DNA from: Pseudomonadota bacterium
Lineage (GTDB): Bacteria > Pseudomonadota > Alphaproteobacteria > Azospirillales > Azospirillaceae
Assembly: GCA_023416455.1 (NCBI GenBank)
Contig: JAEZHQ010000129.1
Location: 771 to 64,770, forward strand
DNA: 64,000 bases
Direction: 5' to 3'
A program made the translations under genes and the position numbers. How positions within the stretch are numbered: the stretch's first letter is position 1; each line of letters begins with the position of its first letter. A model generated the notes under the pieces. That model did no database searches and was not told the DNA's origin. It worked only from the letters and a program-made list of their open reading frames with translations. Below are positions 10,640-20,538 of this stretch, in pieces.

Positions 10640-11401
10640 ATGCCCCGTCACCTGCGCCTCGGCGTGAACATCGACCACGTGGCGACCGTCCGCAACGCGC
10701 GGGGCGGCAGCCACCCCGATCCCGTGCGGGCGGCGGCGCTGGCCGCGGCGGCGGGGGCCGACGGCATCACCGCCCATCTGCGCGAGGACCGGCGCCACAT
10801 CGTCGATTCCGACATCGAGCGGCTGCGCGCGGAGAACGTCCTGCCGCTGAATTTCGAGATGGCCGCGACCGGGGAGATGCTGGCCGTCGCGCTGCGCCAC
10901 CGCCCGCACGCCGCCTGCCTGGTCCCGGAAAAGCGCACGGAGGTGACGACCGAGGGGGGGCTCGACGCCGCCGGCCAGGCCGCCTCGCTCGGCCGCTTCG
11001 TGGACGCGCTGGGGGCGGCCGGGGTGCGTGTCTCTCTCTTCGTCGATCCCGAGCCGGCGCAGCTCGACGCCGCCAGGGCGCTCGGCGCCCCGGTGGTCGA
11101 GCTTCACACCGGCGCCTATTGCGATGCCCCCGCCGGCCCCCGGCGCGACGCCGAGCTGGCGCGCATCGTCCGCGCCGCCGCCCACGCCGAGGCCATCGGG
11201 CTGGAATGCCACGCCGGCCATGGGCTGAACTATGAGACGGTGGGGGCGGTCGCCGCCATCCCGACGGTCGTCGAGCTGAACATCGGCCACTTCCTGATGG
11301 GCGAGGCGATCTTCGTCGGGCTCGACGCGGCCATCCGGCGCATGCGCGCGCTGATGGACGCGGCGCGCGCGGGCCGCCCGGCAGGGCGGCCCACGCCATG
11401 A
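10640..11401 (+). CDS. pdxJ: Pyridoxine 5'-phosphate synthase
   Basis: [36 protein letters not shown]. Confidence 0.98.
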   Translation: MPRHLRLGVNIDHVATVRNARGGSHPDPVRAAALAAAAGADGITAHLREDRRHIVDSDIERLRAENVLPLNFEMAATGEMLAVALRHRPHAACLVPEKRTEVTTEGGLDAAGQAASLGRFVDALGAAGVRVSLFVDPEPAQLDAARALGAPVVELHTGAYCDAPAGPRRDAELARIVRAAAHAEAIGLECHAGHGLNYETVGAVAAIPTVVELNIGHFLMGEAIFVGLDAAIRRMRALMDAARAGRPAGRPTP

Positions 11402-11853
11402 TCCTCGGCATCGGCAACGATCTGGTCGACATCCGCCGCATCGAACAGTCGCTGGAGCGCTTCGGCGAGCGCTTCATCGCCCGCGTCTTCACCGACGCGG
11501 AGCGCGCCAAGTCGGAGCGCCGGGCCGGGTCGGCCGGCCGCCACAGCGCGCGGGCGGCCAGCTACGCCAAGCGCTTCGCCGCCAAGGAAGCCTGCTCCAA
11601 GGCGCTCGGCACCGGCTTCCGCGACGGCGTGTTCTGGCGCGACATGGGGGTGGTGAACCTGACGTCCGGCCAGCCCACCATGAAGCTCTCCGGCGGGGCG
11701 CTGGAGCGGCTGGCGGCGATCACCCCGCCGGGCATGCAGGCGCGCATCCACGTCACGCTCACCGACGAATACCCGATGGCGGAAGCCTTCGTCATCATCA
11801 GCGCCGAGCCGGCCCCCACCCCTCTCACCAGCTCCACGGCATCACCCGCATGA
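11398..11853 (+). CDS. acpS: Holo-ACP synthase
   Basis: [31 protein letters not shown]. Confidence 0.97.
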   Translation: MILGIGNDLVDIRRIEQSLERFGERFIARVFTDAERAKSERRAGSAGRHSARAASYAKRFAAKEACSKALGTGFRDGVFWRDMGVVNLTSGQPTMKLSGGALERLAAITPPGMQARIHVTLTDEYPMAEAFVIISAEPAPTPLTSSTASPA

Positions 11854-12620
11854 CCCTGAACAAGCAGACGGCCCTGGCCGACAAGTCCAAAGAGGCCGGC
11901 GGCTTCGCCGAGACGGTGAAGACGGTCTTCTACGCGGTGATCATCGCCTTCGGCGTGCGCACCTTCGCTTTCGAGCCCTTCAACATCCCGTCGGGGTCGA
12001 TGATCCCGACCCTGCTGATCGGCGACTACCTGTTCGTGTCCAAGTACTCCTACGGCTACAGCAAGCACACGGTGGCCTTCGGCTTCCCCCTGTTCGAGGG
12101 GCGCATCCTGGGCGAGGTGCCGGAGCGCGGCGACGTCGCCGTGTTCAAGCTGCCGCGGGACAACAAGACCGACTACATCAAGCGTGTGGTCGGCCTGCCC
12201 GGCGACAAGGTGCAGATGGTCAACGGCGTCCTGGTCATCAACGACCAGCCGGTCAAGCGCGAGCGCATCGAGGACTACGTGACCCGCGACGCGCTGGGGC
12301 GCGAGGTCCGCGTCGCCCAGTTCATCGAGACGCTGCCCGGGGGCCGCAGCCACCGCATCATCGAGGAGACCGACAACGGTCCCCTCGACAACACCGTCGC
12401 CTTCCGGGTGCCGCCCGGCCATGTCTTCATGATGGGCGACAACCGCGACAACTCGCTGGACAGCCGCGTCCCCGCGCAGGTGGGGTACGTCCCCCTGGAG
12501 AACCTGGTCGGCCGCGCCGAATTCCTGTTCTTCTCGCTGGAGGATGGCACGCGCTTCTTCGAGGTGTGGCGCTGGCCGTTCGATCTGCGCTTCAGCCGCC
12601 TGTTCACGGGCGTGAAGTGA
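11850..12620 (+). CDS. lepB: Signal peptidase I
   Basis: [36 protein letters not shown]. Confidence 0.98.
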   Translation: MTLNKQTALADKSKEAGGFAETVKTVFYAVIIAFGVRTFAFEPFNIPSGSMIPTLLIGDYLFVSKYSYGYSKHTVAFGFPLFEGRILGEVPERGDVAVFKLPRDNKTDYIKRVVGLPGDKVQMVNGVLVINDQPVKRERIEDYVTRDALGREVRVAQFIETLPGGRSHRIIEETDNGPLDNTVAFRVPPGHVFMMGDNRDNSLDSRVPAQVGYVPLENLVGRAEFLFFSLEDGTRFFEVWRWPFDLRFSRLFTGVK

Positions 12621-12637
12621 GGGTGGGGAGAGACGCG

Positions 12638-13423
12638 GTGCAGCCCGATTCCACGGGGGACGCCGGGGAGCCTGTGGGCGAGGCCGGGCCGGAGCCGGTG
12701 GCGGCCGACCTCGCGGAGCTTGCCGCAACGCTCGGCCATGCCTTCGCCGATCCGCAGCGGCTGGCCGACGCCGTGACCCACCCGAGCCTGATGGGGCTGG
12801 AGCGCGCCGTCCGCGGCGGCGGCCGGCCCGGCCAGGGGCCTGGCCTGGCCTACGAGCGGCTGGAGTTCCTGGGCGACCGGGTGCTCGGCCTGGTCATCGC
12901 CGAATGGCTGCTGGAGCGCTTCCCGGCCGAGCGCGAGGGGGCGCTGGCCAAGCGCCACGCCGCGCTGGTCCGGCGCGAGGCGCTGGGCCGGGTGGCCGAT
13001 TCCATCAGGCTCGGGCGCTATCTGCGCCTGTCGCCGGCCGAGGCCCAGGGCGGCGGACGCAGCAACCGGACCATCCTGGGCGACGCCTGCGAGGCGGTGA
13101 TCGGGGCGCTCTATCTCGACGGGGGCATGGCGGTGGCGCGGCGCTTCATCCGCGACGCCTGGACCGCCCAGATCGAGCGGCCGCAGCCGCCGCCCCTCGA
13201 CGCGAAGACGGCGTTGCAGGAATGGGCGCAGGGCCGCGGCCTGCCGCTGCCCGTCTACGAGCTGGTCGAGCAGAGCGGGCCGGCGCACGAGCCGCTGTTC
13301 CGCGTGGCCGTGCGCGTCCAGGGCATGGAGCCGGTGACCGGCTGCGGCCCGTCCAAGCGCGTCGCGGAGAAACAGGCGGCCAGCGCGTTGCTGGGCCAGG
13401 TGGGAGTGCAGGTCGATGACTGA
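12638..13423 (+). CDS. rnc: Ribonuclease III
   Basis: YERLEFLGDRVL, dsRBD DAKTALQEWAQ. GTG start after GGGGAG inferred. Confidence 0.96.
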   Translation: MQPDSTGDAGEPVGEAGPEPVAADLAELAATLGHAFADPQRLADAVTHPSLMGLERAVRGGGRPGQGPGLAYERLEFLGDRVLGLVIAEWLLERFPAEREGALAKRHAALVRREALGRVADSIRLGRYLRLSPAEAQGGGRSNRTILGDACEAVIGALYLDGGMAVARRFIRDAWTAQIERPQPPPLDAKTALQEWAQGRGLPLPVYELVEQSGPAHEPLFRVAVRVQGMEPVTGCGPSKRVAEKQAASALLGQVGVQVDD

Positions 13424-14393
13424 CGATCGCGACGGGTTCGACGGTGCCGGGGACGGCGCGGTGGACGGGCCGGTGGACGGGGGTGGCATGCCGGAGAACC
13501 CGCGCTGCGGCTTCGTGGCTCTGGTGGGCGCGCCCAACGCCGGCAAGTCGACCCTGCTGAACGCCGTGATCGGCGCCAAGGTGTCGATCGTCAGCGCCAA
13601 GGTGCAGACGACGCGCACCCGGGTGCTCGGCATCACCATCGCCGGCGACAGCCAGCTCATCTTCGTGGACACCCCCGGCATCTTCAAGCCCAAGCGCCGC
13701 CTCGACCGCGCCATGGTGGCCGCGGCCTGGCAGGGGGCGGAGGACGCCGACATCGTCGGCGTGCTGTTCGACGCCTCGCGCCGCGGCATCGACGACGACA
13801 CCCGCGGTATCGTCGCCCGGCTGAAGGAGCAGGGGCGCCCGGCCATCCTCATCCTGAACAAGATCGACCTGGTGAAGCGCGAGGTGCTGCTCGGCCTGGC
13901 CGACGCCTTCAACCGCGAGGGCGTCTTCACCGACATCTTCATGGTCTCGGCCGCCACCGGCGACGGGGTGGCGCATCTGCGCGACTTCCTGGCCGGCCGG
14001 GTGCCGGAGGGGCCGTGGCATTTTCCGGAGGACCAGATCTCCGACATGCCCATGCGCCTGCTGGCCGCGGAGATCACGCGCGAGAAGCTGTTCCACCAGC
14101 TCCACCAGGAACTGCCCTACGCCGCCACCGTCGAGACCGAGGTGTGGGAGGAGTTCGAGAACGGCTCGGTCAAGATCACCCAGGTGGTCTTCGTCCAGCG
14201 CGAGAGCCAGAAGGCGATCGTGCTCGGCAAGGGCGGAGCCCGCATCAAGGCCCTGGGGCAGGCCGCCCGGACCGAGCTGGAGGCGATGCTGGAGCGCCGT
14301 GTCCATCTGATCCTGTTCGTCAAGGTCCGCGAGGGCTGGATCGACGATCCCGAGCGCTATCAGGCGTGGGGCCTGGATTTCGGGGCTTCCTGA
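13416..14393 (+). CDS. era: GTPase Era
   Basis: GAPNAGKST, DTPG, NKID, KH domain. Confidence 0.98.
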   Translation: MTDDRDGFDGAGDGAVDGPVDGGGMPENPRCGFVALVGAPNAGKSTLLNAVIGAKVSIVSAKVQTTRTRVLGITIAGDSQLIFVDTPGIFKPKRRLDRAMVAAAWQGAEDADIVGVLFDASRRGIDDDTRGIVARLKEQGRPAILILNKIDLVKREVLLGLADAFNREGVFTDIFMVSAATGDGVAHLRDFLAGRVPEGPWHFPEDQISDMPMRLLAAEITREKLFHQLHQELPYAATVETEVWEEFENGSVKITQVVFVQRESQKAIVLGKGGARIKALGQAARTELEAMLERRVHLILFVKVREGWIDDPERYQAWGLDFGAS

Positions 14394-14487
14394 GCGTCCG
14401 GAGGAACCGCGGGGGAAACCCCGGCCGGCAGGGCAGGACGCCCGTGGCGCAGGCGGGGGTCTCCCGGCGGCGGGCGGGGGTCCCCAT

Positions 14488-15936
14488 ATGAGGGGCCTCC
14501 GCCACCTCCACCGAGCGTCCGACTTGCGGCTTCCCATCTTCAACGACCTGTTCGATGCCGGTTCCCGCTTCCTGGGGCAGGCCGGCGATCTGGTGACCGG
14601 CGGCATCCTGGAGCGCGACCTGCGGCTCGGCGTCACCGGCCTGCGCCGCGCCGGCAAGACCGTCTTCGTGACGGCGCTGGTGGACAACCTGCTGAAGGCG
14701 GGGCGTCTTCCCTTTCTCGACGTGGTGTCGTCGGGGCGCTTCCAGGCGGCGCGGCTGCGGCCCCAGCCCGACCCCGAGGTGCCGCGCTTCGACGTGGAGC
14801 GCCACATGGCCGCCCTCACCGCCCCGGAGCCGCACTGGCCAGAGCCGACGCGCGGCATCGGCCAGCTGCGGCTGGCGCTGCGCTACCGGCCCAACGCGGT
14901 CCTCAAGCGCACCCTCCAGCCGGTGGCGACGCTGAACCTCGACATCGTCGATTATCCGGGCGAGTGGCTGCTCGATCTGCCGCTGCTGCGCCAGTCCTTC
15001 GCGGAGTGGAGCGCGCTGACGCTGGAGCTTGCGGTGCGGCCGCCGCGCGACGCCCTGTCCCAGTCCTGGCGCGGCTGGCTCGCCACCGTCGATCCCGCCG
15101 CCCCGGCGGAGGAGGAGGAGGCCCGGCGCGGCGCCGGCCTCTACACCGATTACCTGCACGCCTGCCGCCGCTCGGAGAATCTGCTGAGCCTGATCCAGCC
15201 CGGCCGCTTCGTCGAGCCCGGCGACCTGGAGAACGCGCCCCTGCTGACCTTCTGCCCGCTGCCCGGCGAGCGGCGCGGGCGCGGCAGCCTGTGGGCGCTG
15301 ATGGAGGAGCGCTACGAAGCCTACAAGAGCAACGTGGTGCGCCGGTTCTTCTCGGACCATTTCGCCCGGCTCGATCGCCAGATCGTGCTGATCGACGTGC
15401 TGGGGGCGCTCAACTCCGGCCCGGCCGGCATGGCCGACATGAAGCGCGCGCTGGAGTTGAGCCTGGAGCCCTTCCGCCACGGCAGCGCCGGCTGGCTCGA
15501 CTGGCTGTTCGGGACCCGGATCGACCGCGTGCTGTTCGCCGCCACCAAGGCCGACCACGTCGCCTCCCACCAGCACAACAGCCTGCGCCAGCTCCTCGAC
15601 CGGCTCGTCGCCGACGCCCGCTCGGCCATCCGCTTCGAAGGGGCGGCGGTCGACACCATGGCCATCGCCGCCCTGAAATGCACCGAGACGGTGGTCGGCG
15701 AGCATGAGGGGCGGTCGCTGCGCTGCGTGCGCGGCGTCCCCATCGGGCGCGACCGGCCGACCGTCCTGTACCCCGGCGAAATTCCCGAGAACGCCGACTT
15801 CCCGCCGGGGCGCGAGCGCCCCTACAGCTTCCTGTCCTTCCGGCCGCCCGACGGGCTGGCCCACGAGACCCGCGGCCTGCCGCACATCCGTCTGGACCAG
15901 GCGTTGCAATTCCTTCTGGGAGACCATCTGGAATGA
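14488..15936 (+). CDS. ycjX: YcjX family P-loop NTPase
   Basis: LRLGVTGLRRAGKTVF, DIVDYPGEWLLDLPL, FAATKADH, PHIRLDQALQFLLGD. Confidence 0.95.
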   Translation: MRGLRHLHRASDLRLPIFNDLFDAGSRFLGQAGDLVTGGILERDLRLGVTGLRRAGKTVFVTALVDNLLKAGRLPFLDVVSSGRFQAARLRPQPDPEVPRFDVERHMAALTAPEPHWPEPTRGIGQLRLALRYRPNAVLKRTLQPVATLNLDIVDYPGEWLLDLPLLRQSFAEWSALTLELAVRPPRDALSQSWRGWLATVDPAAPAEEEEARRGAGLYTDYLHACRRSENLLSLIQPGRFVEPGDLENAPLLTFCPLPGERRGRGSLWALMEERYEAYKSNVVRRFFSDHFARLDRQIVLIDVLGALNSGPAGMADMKRALELSLEPFRHGSAGWLDWLFGTRIDRVLFAATKADHVASHQHNSLRQLLDRLVADARSAIRFEGAAVDTMAIAALKCTETVVGEHEGRSLRCVRGVPIGRDRPTVLYPGEIPENADFPPGRERPYSFLSFRPPDGLAHETRGLPHIRLDQALQFLLGDHLE

Positions 15937-16961
15937 CCGGGCGCGCCCGCGAGGCGGAGGGCTGGGTTCCGCCCATGGAGCTGGATCCGGAGCGGGCGAC
16001 GGCGCTGCCCGCGGCGGAGGAGGAGGCCATTCTCGCCGGCACCGCCGGGGCCGGGGCCGACCGCCTGCCCGCCGAGCCGGCCGGGGAACGTCCGCGCTTT
16101 CGCGTCGGGCGCTGGCTGGCCGGTGCCATCGCCGCGCTGGTCCTGGTGGCGCTGGGCTTCGACACCGCCGATCTGCTCGGCCGCGCCTTCGCCACCAGCG
16201 CCGCCCTGGGCGTGCTGGTCGCCGCGCTGGTGGCGGTGGCCGGTGCGGCGGCGCTGCTTCTCCTGCTGGGCGAGCTGCGCTCCCTGCGCCGCCTGCGGCG
16301 GATCGAGGCCCTGCGCGGCGAGGCCGGACGGCTGTCCGCCGAGGCCACCGGCGGGGCTGCCGCGCCGGGGGAGGCCGACCGTTTCGCCGGCGCCCTGACC
16401 CGCCTCTACGAGGGGCGCCCGGACCTGGCGCCGGCGCTTGAGCGCGTCCGCGACCACGTCACCGACGCGCACGACGACGCCGAGATCCTGCGGCTGCTCG
16501 ACCGCGAGGTGCTGGCTCCGCTCGACCGGCGGGCCTACCAGATGGTCCTGCGCGCCGCCCGCGACACCGCCGTGGCCACCGCGCTGAGCCCGGCCGCCAT
16601 CCTGGACTTCGCCGTGGTGCTGTGGCGGAACCTGAAGCTGGTGCGGGAGATCGCGGCGGCCTACGGTGCGCGGCCCGGCTATGTGGGCTCGCTCAAGCTG
16701 CTGCGGCGGATGCTCGCCAACATCGCCGTCGCCGGGGTGGCGGAGAGCGCGCACCATGTGGCGGTGGAGGCGCTGGGCGGTTCGCTGGCCGCCGCCGTTT
16801 CGACCCGCATGGGGCAGGGGGTGATCAACGGTCTCCTGACCGCGCGTGTCGGCATCACCGCCATGCACCTGTGCCGCCCGATCGCCTTCGGCCCGGCCAA
16901 CCGGCCGAGCCTCGGCCGGATCCGGCGGGAGCTGCTGTCCCTGCCCAAGGAGGTGCTGTAG
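15933..16961 (+). CDS. ycjF: YcjF (TIGR01620) family membrane protein
   Basis: TM segments, TALSP, AYGARPG, GQGVINGLLTARVG..CRP. Coupled to ycjX by ATGA overlap. Confidence 0.93.
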   Translation: MTGRAREAEGWVPPMELDPERATALPAAEEEAILAGTAGAGADRLPAEPAGERPRFRVGRWLAGAIAALVLVALGFDTADLLGRAFATSAALGVLVAALVAVAGAAALLLLLGELRSLRRLRRIEALRGEAGRLSAEATGGAAAPGEADRFAGALTRLYEGRPDLAPALERVRDHVTDAHDDAEILRLLDREVLAPLDRRAYQMVLRAARDTAVATALSPAAILDFAVVLWRNLKLVREIAAAYGARPGYVGSLKLLRRMLANIAVAGVAESAHHVAVEALGGSLAAAVSTRMGQGVINGLLTARVGITAMHLCRPIAFGPANRPSLGRIRRELLSLPKEVL

Positions 16962-17025
16962 GCGGGCGGGTGCGTTCACCGCGGCCCTGCGCCCATCCAC
17001 GGTCCGGGCCGCGGGCGGCCCGTGC

Positions 17026-18402
17026 TCAGTCGAGCATCGGCAGCCCGGTCTCGATGCGCACCAGCGCCGACAGAAGCGGGGCGCCGATGTCACGGCGGAC
17101 GAAGTTGCTGGCGCGCTCGGCGGCGTTGATCGAGCCCTGGAAGGTCCGGCGCCATCGGTCGTCGCCGTACATCACCTTCTCCGCCTTGGCCTTCTGGGCG
17201 AGCAGGGCGGGGCGCCGCCCGGCGGCCTCGTCGACCAGCTTGTCGAGGCGCCGCATCAGGTCGGCGGCGCCGTTGGAATCGCCGCGCTTTTGCGCCGCCT
17301 CGATCAGCTCGGCGAAGGACTCGCCGCGGATGTCCATATCCTGGATCTGCTCGGCGTAGGCCAGCGCCACCGCGGACTCGTTGCGCAGCGCCAGCCGGCC
17401 CAGCACCGCCGGGATGGTCCAGGGATTCTCGTCCTGCACGGTGCGCAGCAGCCCCAGCGCCAGATTGCTGTCGCCCAGCTCCGCCGCCGCCACGGCCAGC
17501 TCCGGCGGGCAGCAGTCGCCGCGGGTCTCGCGGAATTTGGAGAACTGCGTCTCCACGCTGTTGAGGAACAGGGTGCGCGCGGTGCTTTCCTTGCCGGCCC
17601 GCAACAGGGTCTGGGCCACCAGCCCCAGCTCCCACGAGCAGCCGCGGGCGGCGGCGTAGGCCTTGGCCTCGTCGGCGAGCTGGGCGGTCAGGGCGTTGTC
17701 GCCCCGCCAGGAGGCCGCCTTGGCGATGTCGGCCAGGTTGTAGAGGCGCGTCGAGCAGTCGGGGATCTGCCGGGTGACCTCCAGCGCCAGCGACGTCTGC
17801 CCCATCAGCGCCAGGGCGCGGGCGACGAACAGATCCTGCCCGGTCCCGTCGGTGGCGGCGCCGCGGCGCACCGCGCTGACGAAGGGGGCGATGATCTCCT
17901 TGGCCCGCGCGCCGTCGCCGACGGTGTGGTAGGCGACCGCCAGCGACAGCCAGTCCCAGCGCGCGGCGGTGATCGGGGTCTCCACCGGAGGCAGCATCTC
18001 GGCGACCCGGTGCAGGAAGCACAGCGAGGTCAGCGGGTCGTTGCACACCAGGGCACGGATGCGCGACCGGAACTCGTAGAAGTCGAAATCGCCGACGAAC
18101 TGGTTGGTGATCAGCTGCACGGCCAGCGGGCTGTCCGGGTACTTCGCCACCACCTCGTTGAGCAGCTTGTCGGCCTCCTTCAGCAGGCGGCTCTCCTCGG
18201 CGACGTCGTAGGTGGTGTCGGCCTGCCGGATCAGCTGCATGGCCTGGACGAACAGGCGGTTCGCCGGCCCGTAGTCCTGCGCCTGCTGCGCCCCGGCCGC
18301 CCCGCTGCCCATGGCGGCGGCGACCAGCGCCGCCAGGGCCAGGAACAGGGCCATGGCGCAGGCGGTGATGGCGCGGTCGGCAAAGGCGGACGGGAGAGCC
18401 AT
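17026..18402 (-). CDS. Exported alpha-helical (TPR-like) hypothetical protein
   Basis: Signal-peptide-like N-terminus, Ala/Leu-rich helical repeats, strong GC3 coding pattern. Start is uncertain. Confidence 0.75.
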   Translation of the reverse strand: MALPSAFADRAITACAMALFLALAALVAAAMGSGAAGAQQAQDYGPANRLFVQAMQLIRQADTTYDVAEESRLLKEADKLLNEVVAKYPDSPLAVQLITNQFVGDFDFYEFRSRIRALVCNDPLTSLCFLHRVAEMLPPVETPITAARWDWLSLAVAYHTVGDGARAKEIIAPFVSAVRRGAATDGTGQDLFVARALALMGQTSLALEVTRQIPDCSTRLYNLADIAKAASWRGDNALTAQLADEAKAYAAARGCSWELGLVAQTLLRAGKESTARTLFLNSVETQFSKFRETRGDCCPPELAVAAAELGDSNLALGLLRTVQDENPWTIPAVLGRLALRNESAVALAYAEQIQDMDIRGESFAELIEAAQKRGDSNGAADLMRRLDKLVDEAAGRRPALLAQKAKAEKVMYGDDRWRRTFQGSINAAERASNFVRRDIGAPLLSALVRIETGLPMLD

Positions 18403-18424
18403 GGCGGTGCGATGACCTTGGAGC

Positions 18425-19060
18425 CTAGAGGACACGGACGTAGTTGACGACCCGCTGGACGTTGGGCAGCACGCGGGCGTGGTCGACGGCGCGGTTCAGC
18501 TCGTCCTGGCTGACGGCGACACCCATGAGATAGACGACGCCGTTGACGGTATCGATGCTGTAGTTCCGGCCGTGGATGGTCGAGTCGAAGGTGAGGCGGG
18601 TCCGCAGCTGGGTCGAGATCCAGGTGTCGCGGGCGCTGTCGAGCAGGCTCGATTCGTTGTCCACCTGGATCTCGTTGATCACCTCCTGCACGCCGTCGGC
18701 CTGCCAGGCCAGCCGGACCGCGTCCAGGCGCATCTGCGGATCGGCCGCTCGCCCGGTCAGCAGCACCCGGCCCTGATTCACGGTCAGGCCGATGCGCCGG
18801 TGCAGGTCCATGGAGTGCTGAAACCACAGGTGGTTGATCCGGGCCTGGATCTCGGTGTCGGCGACGACGCCGGACAGGCCGCGGTGATCGGTGGCGGCCA
18901 CGGCGGTGGTGGCGGCGCCGCCGATCACCAGGGGCGCGCAGCCCGGTGCGACGACCGTCACAACGGCCAACCCGACCAGCGCCCAAAGGCGGCCCAACCC
19001 CGACACGCTCTGCCTCCGCTCCGCGGCCCGCCGAAGGGGCGGGCGGCCGGAAAAAGTCAT
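18425..19060 (-). CDS. Dual-BON domain lipoprotein (DolP/YraP-like)
   Basis: Lipobox-like VAPGC, GRVLLTG, DTWISTQLR, VNGVVYLMG. Two BON repeats. Confidence 0.9.
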   Translation of the reverse strand: MTFSGRPPLRRAAERRQSVSGLGRLWALVGLAVVTVVAPGCAPLVIGGAATTAVAATDHRGLSGVVADTEIQARINHLWFQHSMDLHRRIGLTVNQGRVLLTGRAADPQMRLDAVRLAWQADGVQEVINEIQVDNESSLLDSARDTWISTQLRTRLTFDSTIHGRNYSIDTVNGVVYLMGVAVSQDELNRAVDHARVLPNVQRVVNYVRVL

Positions 19061-19170
19061 GCCGCAAGCGCGTTGGCAATGGGGAATCTGATGGGCTTTG
19101 TGGGTTGTCATTGTTTTGTTCCGGGGGTGATGCACGAATGTTGCACTCGCTGCGAGCGCGAAGGATTCGC

Positions 19171-19989
19171 TCAGGCGAAGGGCGCGCGGGAAACCAGGCC
19201 GGCGAGTTCGCGCGCCAGCACGCGGGCGATCGTCCGCCGCGCCCGCGGGTCGGCGAGGGTCGCCTCGTCGCGGGCGTTTGACAGGAAGCCGGTCTCCAGC
19301 AGGACCGACGGCATGTCGGGGGCACGCAGCACGGCGAAGTTGGCGGAACGCATGGGGTTGTCGAGCAGGCGCAGATCCTTCCCCGCCCCCTTCACGATGG
19401 ACTGGCGGGCGACCAGCGAGGCGCGCTTGGTGTGGTGGGCGGCGAGGTCGAGCAGGATGTCCTTGACCGCCTTGGTGGTGCCCTTGGGCACCACGCCGCC
19501 CAGCCGGTCCGCCTGGTTCTCCTGGCGGGCCAGCGCCGCGGCGAAGGCGTCGGAACCCTTCTCCGACAGGGTGTAGGCGGACAGCCCGCGCGCCTGCCGG
19601 TTGGGTGCGCTGTCGGCATGGATGGACACGAACAGGTCGGCGCGCGCCCCGCGGGCCAGCGCCACGCGCTCGTCCAGCGCCAGGAAGCGGTCGTCGCTGC
19701 GGGTCAGCTTGGCGCCGACGCGGTGCTGGCCGGACAGCAGCCGGGCCACCTCGCGGGCGATGTCGAGCGTGACGTCCTTCTCCAGCGTGCCGCGCGCGCC
19801 GACGGCGCCCGGGTCGGCGCCGCCGTGGCCGGGATCCAGCATGATCAGGCGTTGCCGGGCCGGCGACCGGCCGGCCGGGGCACGGGCCGAGGCCTTCGTC
19901 TCCGCGGCCCAGCTCGTGGCGGATCCCAGCGCGCCTGCGCCGAGAAGCGGGAAGGTCAGTGCCAGTCGTAGAAGACGTCTGCGGTCCAT
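19171..19989 (-). CDS. Tat-exported N-acetylmuramoyl-L-alanine amidase (Amidase_3, no AMIN domain)
   Basis: MDRRRLL twin-arginine leader, IMLDPGHGGADPGA, EKDVTL, FVSIHADS, PSVLLETGFLSN. Confidence 0.93.
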   Translation of the reverse strand: MDRRRLLRLALTFPLLGAGALGSATSWAAETKASARAPAGRSPARQRLIMLDPGHGGADPGAVGARGTLEKDVTLDIAREVARLLSGQHRVGAKLTRSDDRFLALDERVALARGARADLFVSIHADSAPNRQARGLSAYTLSEKGSDAFAAALARQENQADRLGGVVPKGTTKAVKDILLDLAAHHTKRASLVARQSIVKGAGKDLRLLDNPMRSANFAVLRAPDMPSVLLETGFLSNARDEATLADPRARRTIARVLARELAGLVSRAPFA

Positions 19990-20259
19990 GCGCCCGGGGC
20001 TCCGTCGGATCGGCGCCGCCGGAACCGCCGAACGGGACGGGCATCGGGGTCGGGGCGGCGGCCGGCCTCGTGTCTGTGCGAGCCAGTTGGGTCCGCGCAA
20101 AAGGGTTGTCAAGACCAGCCGGTGGTAATCCCGCCGAATGTCCTTGGAAGATGTTCATACCCCGCACCATGGCCGTATGAGGATTCGGCGCGGTCCAATG
20201 CTTCCTTGATCATGGACGTCGAAGGCGGTAAAATTTTGCGATAAGTTGGGGAGGTGACG

Positions 20260-20427
20260 ATGTTGAGGAAGGCCTTGTTCAACATCATCCGGCAGGAGCA
20301 ACGCGACGTTGAGGATGAGCTCCAGAAGGAGGAGCGCAGCCCGACCCCGGATGTCCTGCGCGTGGTCGCCTTGCAGCGCGAGGCGACCAGCCTGCGGCGC
20401 GAACTGGAACATTTCAGCGACCTTTGA
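20260..20427 (+). CDS. 55-aa coiled-coil small protein (DUF465/YdcH-like), absent from ORF track
   Basis: GGAGGT RBS, then MLRKALFNIIRQEQRDVEDELQKEERSPTPDVLRVVALQREATSLRRELEHFSDL*. Confidence 0.75.
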   Translation: MLRKALFNIIRQEQRDVEDELQKEERSPTPDVLRVVALQREATSLRRELEHFSDL

Positions 20428-20462
20428 CCGGCCCGTCCTGCGGCGCCCGGCTCCGGCCAATC

Positions 20463-20538
20463 CAGGTCAGCATGACCCCTTCAGGTCGGCTTGATCCCTT
20501 TATGTCAGCTTGATCCCTTTATGTCAGCTTGACATAAC
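20463..20538. repeat. Four degenerate 19-bp tandem repeats overlapping the stop of 20519..20905
   Basis: caggtcagcatgacccctt / caggtcggcttgatccctt / tatgtcagcttgatccctt / tatgtcagcttgacataac. Confidence 0.85.

Noticed and set aside
19061..20170. 581-aa version of the BON protein
   Set aside because: The extension overlaps the amidase in another frame. The lipoprotein leader starts near 19060.
20463..20538. Possible mini-CRISPR array
   Set aside because: The units are contiguous with no spacers, only 19 bp long, and there are no cas genes.
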